The translations under genes were made by a program, and so were the position numbers. Below, in pieces: positions 1 to 7,000 of a stretch of DNA of 16,870 nucleotides (within the stretch, counting starts at the first letter, position 1; every line of letters begins with the position of its first letter). The stretch spans positions 1 to 16,870 of the forward strand of contig JBBISH010000130.1 of the NCBI GenBank assembly GCA_037441385.1. Direction: 5' to 3'. The notes beneath the pieces are model-generated. The model did no database searches. It saw only the letters and a program-made list of their open reading frames with translations, and was not told the origin of the DNA. The stretch comes from Myxococcales bacterium. Its GTDB lineage: Bacteria; Myxococcota_A; UBA9042.

Positions 1-4
1 CTGA

Positions 5-136
5 TACGAACCCCGTCTGATTCACGCCTGTACGGTTCCTCTGACCCGGTCTGCAACCGGCGAGAATCAGGCGGGGACCCCGGTTCGGGCCCGAAGAATT
101 GCCGAAGTTTTCGAGCCGATTTGGACGGAAACCGTA
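5..136 (-). mobile_element. ~132-bp MITE-like palindromic repeat, copy A (full length)
   Basis: The reverse complement of 1-130 aligns without gaps to 3707-3836 (112/130 identical by manual count). It has imperfect terminal inverted repeats (TACGAACCCCGTCTGATTC at 5-23; GATTTGGACGGAAACCGTA at 118-136), an internal stem CCCCGTCTGATTC/GAATCAGGCGGGG and a perfect palindrome TTCGGGCCCGAA (84-95). Confidence 0.75.
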
Positions 137-264
137 TTACTGCTCATTCGTACCGTGATTGCCTCTCTCGGCCGCGTCTCTGGTCCCAGGTGGGGCGCCA
201 GCGAGCGCCAACAGCGGCCCGTCGCGCCGACTTCCGCGGCTGGGACGGTCGGAAAGGCCCTGGA

Positions 265-1716
265 TTGAACCTGTCTCTTGAGGGGCGGTCGGCGCCCCCT
301 CCTTGCCGCGGCACGGACCGGATTTGGCCGCAATGGGCGGTGGCGGTGCTGGTGGCGGTACTGGTGGCGGTACTGTGCGGATGTCAGACAGGCCAAGAAC
401 CGCCGCCCGCCGTCGGCAATCAGCCTGCCGACACGGCTGGACTGGCACCGGTTGATGCGGGGGCCGACTCGGGCGCGGACCCAAATCCCCCGGTCGACGC
501 GGTCCCGGCCGGTGCAGACACGGCGGCGCTCGACGTGCTGCCCGGCGAAACTGTGCCGATCGACGCGGCCGACGCAGCAGTCCTGGATACTGCGGCCATG
601 GATGCGGCAGAGGTCGAAGTGGTCGCGCCCGAGGCGGACAGCACGGACGGTGGCGGCCCCCTTTTGGACGCGGCCAACGGCGACGCGCCAGAGGCCGACA
701 CCGCGCCGGCTGATGGTGTCGCTAGCGACGGGGCCAAGATCGACAGTGTTGCCCCCGACACCGCCTTCGTCGATGCTCCAGTGGCCGACGCCGCAGCGCC
801 CTTGGACGTGGGCGCGGGCGCCGCGCTGTGCTTTCCCGATCCTTCTGGCGCTGGACCGTGCACGACCAATCCAGGGAGCCCGATGCTTAGCTTGGACTCA
901 CAGGATTTCGTCGTCCCCAGCTCGGCTTCACCCACCTTGACCGTCTTTGGCGTGTGCTCCGAAGTCCCGCTGTGGTACGTTGGCGACTGCCACGTGCAGG
1001 TGTCTACGGACCACTTTGCGACGGTCGCCATCGACGTCAAGGTGACGAAAACGCTCATGGGCTACGGCACGGATTTTGCCACGGTGCTGTCGCTCGCGTC
1101 GCTCTCCGGGGCCACGGCGCGGGTCCGCCTGCTCCATCAGAACAAGTGGACGGTCAGCCAGGTCTGGGTCAGCGCGGCGGGCGTTTCTTGTGCGACCGAC
1201 GCGGATTGTGCCAGCGGCAATCCGTGCAGCGCCGACCCGTGCAACGCTGGTGTGTGCGAGCACCACGGCAAGGACTTGCAGACCTTTGGCGGTCTTGGCC
1301 CGTCGCCCATCCACTGCGGCCCCGACAAGAAGGGCATGACCGGCTGCTATTGGGGCGAAGCCTGCAACAACGGCAACTGCGAGTCGGTCTACGGCTTTGA
1401 CAGTGGGGCAACGGGCGGCTGGTGGGGCAGTTGCACGGACGGCGTGTGCAGCGGCTACTGCGACGAACCGGGCGGCGGCATACCCGGCGGCTGCGTCGTC
1501 AAGCCCCAGGCGTGCGACGACAACAATCCCTGCACCGTCGGCGACTACTGCGCGGCCGGCAGTTGCTCGGGGATGCCCAAGTGCAGCGACGGCAATTCGT
1601 GCACGGCGGACTTGTGCGACTCCCAGACCCAGGCCTGCAGCTTTGACGCGGCAGCGATGAACGGCCAGCCATGCGGAAACGTTGGCCAGCTCTGCGGCGC
1701 TGGGGTCTGCAAGTAG
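265..1716 (+). CDS. Cys-rich repeat surface lipoprotein with Asp/Ala/Pro-rich linker
   Basis: ORF 121..1716. The start is uncertain: TTG265 follows GGAAAGG, while TTG121 lies inside repeat A. A hydrophobic (VAVL)3 stretch and LCG-C lipobox-like site are followed by a low-complexity DAG/PVDA linker, a short globular domain and C-terminal CDDNNPCT/CSDGNSCT Dictyostelium-type Cys repeats. Confidence 0.75.
   Translation: MNLSLEGRSAPPPCRGTDRIWPQWAVAVLVAVLVAVLCGCQTGQEPPPAVGNQPADTAGLAPVDAGADSGADPNPPVDAVPAGADTAALDVLPGETVPIDAADAAVLDTAAMDAAEVEVVAPEADSTDGGGPLLDAANGDAPEADTAPADGVASDGAKIDSVAPDTAFVDAPVADAAAPLDVGAGAALCFPDPSGAGPCTTNPGSPMLSLDSQDFVVPSSASPTLTVFGVCSEVPLWYVGDCHVQVSTDHFATVAIDVKVTKTLMGYGTDFATVLSLASLSGATARVRLLHQNKWTVSQVWVSAAGVSCATDADCASGNPCSADPCNAGVCEHHGKDLQTFGGLGPSPIHCGPDKKGMTGCYWGEACNNGNCESVYGFDSGATGGWWGSCTDGVCSGYCDEPGGGIPGGCVVKPQACDDNNPCTVGDYCAAGSCSGMPKCSDGNSCTADLCDSQTQACSFDAAAMNGQPCGNVGQLCGAGVCK
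340..375 (+). repeat. 3 x 12-nt tandem repeat GTGGCGGT(G/A)CTG encoding (VAVL)3 of the signal peptide
   Basis: Units at 340-351, 352-363 and 364-375, with one mismatch. Confidence 0.85.
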
Positions 1717-1740
1717 CGTTGGTTCCGATGGATGGGGTCA

Positions 1741-2010
1741 CACGGAATCCGTTTGAATCGGCTAGGAGCCTGTCGGCAAAATGGGCGACACTATGTGTCC
1801 ATTTAGTTATACATTATGATCTTATTGGGTTCCGCCAGTCTCCTAGCCTTCTTCGTTTGTCCAACTGGCCGAAAATCGCCCGAAGTGAATTCGTGCGATT
1901 TCAGCCAGTTGCCTCCGCGCAAGACGCGGCGCTAGGGTTGTGCCGGGATTATCCCGACACGCTCCTAGAAAACGGCCGCAGTTCTTCGGGCCCGAACCGG
2001 GGTGCGCCTG
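1741..2010 (+). mobile_element. Copy C of the 132-bp repeat (partial, interrupted by a second MITE)
   Basis: Joining 1747-1765 to 1969-2003 gives a 54-nt sequence colinear with copy A (45/54 identical), including an exact 22-mer TTCTTCGGGCCCGAACCGGGGT (1982-2003 = reverse complement of 77-98). Confidence 0.75.
1766..1964. mobile_element. 199-bp MITE with 17-bp TIRs and CTAG target-site duplication
   Basis: CTAG at 1762-1765 and 1965-1968. Left TIR GAGCCTGTCGGCAAAAT vs right TIR (reverse complement) GAGCGTGTCGGGATAAT match 14/17. There is a long internal hairpin at 1862-1911 and no transposase. Confidence 0.8.
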
Positions 2011-2113
2011 TAGGCATGGCCCTGCCGATCCGCCGTGGTACGGTGGGGCTGCAGAAACACAGCAGAAACACAGGCGTAGATAGTGAGGTCGTTGAACTTG
2101 GGCCGAAAATGCC

Positions 2114-2169
2114 AAGGGGGCGCGCCGCGCACTCGACGCCCCGTACCCCTTGCGACCCCCGCGCACGGC
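2114..2169 (-). repeat. GC-rich extragenic palindromic motif (second copy at 16762-16799)
   Basis: The exact 15-mer at 2114-2128 and 13-mer at 2151-2163 are reverse complements of 16785-16799 and 16768-16780. Confidence 0.65.
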
Positions 2170-2261
2170 CGCATCGGCGGTCGCGTAGTTCAATGTATTG
2201 ATTTTTCATGGATGCCCGGCGCCGCATGGGCATGGTGAACCCCAAGCGCCTGTCCCACCCG

Positions 2262-3620
2262 CTACGCCTGCCCCACCATCGCTGCCAACGCTCCATCCAA
2301 CTGCGGATACAGGTGCTTGAATTCCAGATCCTGCAGCTTCTGGGACGATAGCCGCGCCCCCACCAGCAGCATTTCTTGACCCATTTGCCCCAGGGCCAAC
2401 CGCACGGCCAGCGCCGGCACGGGCGCCACCGCCGGTCGCTGCAGGGCCCGTCCCAGGGCTGCGGCGAATTCGCCCTGGCGCACCTGTTGGGGAGCCACGG
2501 CGTGCACCGGTCCGCGCCAGCGCTCGTCGCATAGCGCAGCCTCTGCGATGCCCAACAGGTCCTGCAGGGCAATCCACGGCAAGTACTGCCGACCACCGCC
2601 GATCGGTCCGCCCAGCCCAGCGCGAAAGACCGGCAGCAATTGCGGCAGCATCCCGCCGCGCTGGCTCAGCACCACACCGATGCGCAGCCGCACCACGCGG
2701 ACACCGGCCTGCTCGGCAGGGGCGGTCGCTGCCTCCCACTGGCGACAGACGTCGGCTAGAAATCCTGTGCCATTGGGCGAGGTTTCGTGGCATTCGATCT
2801 CGCCCGCGTCGCCGTAGTAGCCGCTGGCCGAAGCGTTGATCAAGACGCGTGGGCGATCGTCCAGCCCAGCCAGGGCCTTGGCCAGGGTACTCGTGGCGGC
2901 GATGCGACTTTGCACGATCGCCACCTGCCGTGCCGTCGTCCAGCGACCCGCCGCCACCGACTCGCCGGCCAAGTTGACGACCGCATCCGCCTCGCGCAAC
3001 GCCTTGTCATCCACAACGCCGCGCTGTGGGTCCCACTGCAGTTCGTCGCTGCCCGCCGCTGGCCGCCGCACCAGCCGCCGCACGGTGTGGCCCGCGGTCG
3101 ACAAATACGCCGCCAAGGCGGTGCCCACCAGGCCCGAAGCGCCAGCCAAGACAACGGTTTTGCGCGGCAGGTGCGCCCAGCGTCCGTGGGCCTGCAGGTC
3201 GTCGCGGGTCGTGCGGTGTCGCTCCATGAACAGGCCCTCCAAGAAACGTCGCAGCCACCAGCCGGCCAGCCAACGCCCCAGCGGCGGCAGCGGCAACTCC
3301 CATTCGATGCGGTCGACCAGGCGGCAGGTGCGCTCGCCCGTTGGCACGAACAAGTGCTGGTGGCGCCAGCGGGGCAGGGGACCGCGCACCACCCGGTCCA
3401 CAAACTGCCGCCCGGCGTCGGCTTCGCCGTGCTGGATCTGCCACGTTGGCTGCCAACGACTCGGGCGCAAGGCCAGCTCCCGACTCTCGAACACTCCGCG
3501 CTGCCACAGGATTTTCAATTCCGGCGGGGCAAGTCGCTCCAGCGCGCCGTCGCGGGCATGCCAGGCATAGGCCTCTTCTGCGCTGGCGGGCAGATGGGTG
3601 CTGCGCTCAAAGATGGCCAC
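2262..3620 (-). CDS. TIGR01777-family (YfcH-like) NAD-dependent epimerase/oxidoreductase with N-terminal SRPBCC-like domain
   Basis: GTG start at 3620 after GGAGG. The N-terminal part has FVDRVVRGP..WRHQH. The rest has the Rossmann motif VLAGASGLVG plus VVNLAGE, SASGYYG, GFLADVCRQWE, LRIGVVLS and a DUF1731-like C-terminus. Confidence 0.92.
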   Translation of the reverse strand: MAIFERSTHLPASAEEAYAWHARDGALERLAPPELKILWQRGVFESRELALRPSRWQPTWQIQHGEADAGRQFVDRVVRGPLPRWRHQHLFVPTGERTCRLVDRIEWELPLPPLGRWLAGWWLRRFLEGLFMERHRTTRDDLQAHGRWAHLPRKTVVLAGASGLVGTALAAYLSTAGHTVRRLVRRPAAGSDELQWDPQRGVVDDKALREADAVVNLAGESVAAGRWTTARQVAIVQSRIAATSTLAKALAGLDDRPRVLINASASGYYGDAGEIECHETSPNGTGFLADVCRQWEAATAPAEQAGVRVVRLRIGVVLSQRGGMLPQLLPVFRAGLGGPIGGGRQYLPWIALQDLLGIAEAALCDERWRGPVHAVAPQQVRQGEFAAALGRALQRPAVAPVPALAVRLALGQMGQEMLLVGARLSSQKLQDLEFKHLYPQLDGALAAMVGQA

Positions 3621-3700
3621 GACTCCCTCCTGCCCGCGGTGGGCTTGGGCCAGCCGCACGGCGACTGATTCTACGCGCCCCAGCTGCTTGACGCCTGCAA

Positions 3701-3832
3701 TATCAGTTCCGTCCGAATCGGATTGAAAACTCGGGCAATTCTCAGGGCCCGAACCGGGGTCCCCGCCTGATTCTCGCCAGTTGCACAACGGGTCAGAAGA
3801 AGCGTATAGGCGTGAATCAGGTGGAGTGCGTA
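3701..3832 (+). mobile_element. ~132-bp MITE-like palindromic repeat, copy B (full length)
   Basis: Ungapped inverted match to 5-136. Internal stem 3763-3773/3814-3824. It lies between two divergent genes. Confidence 0.75.
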
Positions 3833-4059
3833 TAAGGTTTCCCTGGCCGGGCCTGCAACCACCGCGAACCGGCCGGGACCCTGACGCGGCCCCAAAGCCT
3901 CGCCGGGTTTTCAAGCCAATTCAACTCGATTCCAAATCGCTGGGCGGTCGGCCGGCGGGCGCTGGACTTGGGCGAGCATCGTCACCAAACTGGTATGGAG
4001 GGCCTGCACGTGAACCTTCGCGCGGCGCAGGCAACCAAGTATCCATGCGTGAGGTTGCC

Positions 4060-7000
4060 ATGTTCCGCACTCGACTGATTCCGTTTCCGTCTGAATCGGA
4101 TGGCACACTCGGGCGTTCTTTGGGGTCCGAATCGGGATCTTCTCCTGATTCCTTGCAGTTGCGTGGCGATACGGCGAGGCCGCCCCGGCGTCAAGCCAGT
4201 GGGGGTGGTCCCAACCGGCGTCGCCAGGGCCCTTGGCTCGCGCTCGTGGCCGCGTTGGTCTTGGCCTGGGCAAGTGTGCCTTCCCTTGCCGCCGAAGATC
4301 CCTTGGCGTGGCGCTGGCACTGGCGCGATCCCCAGCGCAGCAATTTCTCGCCCGGCACGGCCCACCTGGCCAAGCCGGCGGTGCGCTGGCGCGTGCCCTT
4401 GGACGCGGGCGCCAGTTCGCTGGCCCTGGTCGACATCGATCTGGACGGCCACGACGATCTGGCGCTGACCGGCGGTGGCCGCGTGACCGGGCGGCGTGCC
4501 GACGGGACCGTGCTTTGGAAGTCCAAGGCTTTGGGCCTGAACTGGGTGGTGCGCGTCGGCGACCTGACTGGCGACGGCGCGCCCGAGCTGTTGGCCATCG
4601 GAGCCCGCCAACTGGTGCTGCTACAGGCCTTGTCGGGCGAGGTCGTGTGGCAGAGTCCTGCCGGACTGCTGACCCAGGTGGCCGGCGTTTGGCTTGCCGA
4701 TTTCGACGGTGACGGCCTGGTCGACTTGGCCTTTGCCGACGCGGGGTCGCCGATCGGCGCCAGTTCGCCCAAGGCACACTTCTACCGATTTGCGGGCGGC
4801 AAGGCCCAGGGCTATGCCGACGCGGCGATTCCCTTGCCCGATGGACAATTTGCCAACACCACCACGCAGCGCGCGCTGGACGTGGATGGCGACGACGTGG
4901 CGGACCTGCTCTTGGCGGAGCTGGGCTTGGGGGCCGTGTCGGGAAAGACGGGTGCGTTCCTGGGCGGCTCTGGCGTGGTCGGCAAGCTTGGACCGGCGCC
5001 CGTGGCGGTCTCTAGCGTGCCGATGGGACCGGGCCAGCCGCCCCTGCTTGTGTGGGCGGCTGACGGCGCGCTGCTGCCCGCCAATCAAGGGCAGGTGGGC
5101 TGGCGCGTGTACCGCCTGCAAGAAGGCAAGTTGCAGGTCCAGTGGCAGTTCGAATCGGCGGCCCCGGCCAGCGAGTCGATTCGCACCCTGTCCCCGGCCA
5201 TCGGCGACCTGGACGGCGATGCGGTGCCCGAACTGCTGGTCAGTCACTTTGTCAACGGCGCGTGGCGCCTGGAAGCCTATGACCTGGCCACCGGCGCGAC
5301 GCTGACAGTCGCGGGTTTGGGTGGTCCGCCGCCCAGCGCTGGGCAACCCGGACCGGTGCTTCAGGGCGCGTTCTTGGACGGCGCCCAAACGGTGCTGCTG
5401 GTCGCCCAGCACGCCGCGCTGAGCACGCCCGACCTGGCGCCGCTGCAATTGGCGACGTGGACGCGCAAGGGCGGGTTCGTCAAGCTCGCGGATTTGGGCG
5501 TGGGCACGTGGTGGCCCGCCAACTTGGCCCCGCCGCCCACGTTGGACGGGCTGTGGCGGGTCCCGCGGCGGCCCTTGCGGAGCCTGAGCACCGGTCAGCT
5601 GGCGAGCGAGATCTTGGTGATTCGCGACTCCGACCAAGACTCGCGTGTCGATCGCCTGGACCGCTTGATGCTCGGCGCCGGTGGGACCATTACGCCGTTG
5701 GGCTCGCTGGATTTTTCGCCCACGACCCGGTTGCTCGGCGTGGCCGAGGGCAACGGCCTGGACGTGGTGGCGGCTCGCAGTGACGGCCGTGTGGCTCTTT
5801 GGAACTCTGCATTCGTACTACAGAATGACGCGGAGGGCGACGGCTTGCCCGATCTGCAACAGCGGGTGGGCGGGCCGGCGACCCTGAGTATCGCCCGGCG
5901 CGCGCCCGGGAAACTGCCGGTGTTCGCGGCGACCAGCGGCGCGCAAGTGTCGTTGTTCGATCCGGCCGGCGCGGGTCCGGCCAAGCCGCCGCTGCAGCTG
6001 TGGTCGGCCTCGCCATCGGCCAACCTCCAGCGCGCGGTCCTGACCGACAGCGACGGCGACGGCGAGATGGAAGTCACCATCCGGAGTTGGTCGGCGTTGG
6101 GCAACGCCCGCATCGAGGGACTTGGCCAAGACGGCAAGCTGAAGTGGTCGTGGCAATGGCCAGGGTCGCCCTTGCGCTGGGACATGGCGGCCGTCGACCC
6201 CATTTGGGGCGAGGACTTGGATGGCGACGGCGCCGAAGAGCTGTATTTGCAGGCATGGCCACTGGCCGCGGCCTCTACGGCCCCACAGGTGGCCACGGTG
6301 CTTCACGGCAAGACGCATACCTCGTTGTGGGCGCCCGATACGTATTGCGCGGGCATGACGGGAGTGGCGGGCGCGCTGGACGCCACGAGCGCGCCGCCTC
6401 GCGCAATTTCGTCGGGTTATGGAATTCGTACGGCGTGCGACGCCTTGACGGGCCAAAAGCTGGGCTTGGTCGAAAAGACCTTTGGTGGCTACGGCGTGCC
6501 GATGATCCTCGATCTGGACGGCGTCGCGCCGCTCGATTTTGTGGTCGGCGGGGCCTTTGGCCAGACCGAAGGCCACGTGGGTGCGGACATGCAAATCGCC
6601 TGGCACCAAGCCGATACGCGGCTGGTGGGGCAGCCCGCGCTGGTCGCCGTGGTGGCGGGGCAGCCGCGGCTGGTGCAGCAGGTCGGGGCCAAGGCCGAGG
6701 TCGACGCCCGCGACGCCAAGACAGGCAACCTGTTGTGGGCGCACGTGTACTTGGGCGGCAAGGCTTGGCCTGCCGATGCAGCCCCCGAGCACAGCCAGGC
6801 CATCAGCGGGCTGGTCGGCGTGGCCGACCTGACGGGCAAGGGGGTGCCAGCCGGCCTGTTTGCCAGCAGCGAAGGGTGGTTGTATGCCATCGACCTGGCC
6901 GACGGCGCGATCATCTGGACGCTGGACATGGGCGGGCAGAGTGGGTCGCCCATCCCGGCCGATGTGGACGGCGATGGCCTTCTGGAAGTGCTGGTTGTCT

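Noticed and set aside
22..45. GTACGGTTC resembling group II intron domain V
   Set aside because: The matching 5' arm of DV is absent, the motif is not conserved in copy B, and there is no RT gene.
5..136. Integron attC or riboswitch interpretation of the 132-bp repeat
   Set aside because: There are no RYYYAAC/GTTRRRY boxes at the ends, no integrase, the copies are not co-oriented with cassettes, and I recognise no aptamer consensus.
1671..2201. ORF of 176 aa across the intergenic region, considered as a possible transposase
   Set aside because: It runs through three different repeats, has atypical composition, and shows no DDE or HUH motif.
3621..4059. 5' extensions of ORFs 2262..3914 (-) and 3781..7875 (+)
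   Set aside because: They overlap each other and repeat copy B, do not look protein-like, and better RBS-supported starts exist at 3620 and 4060.
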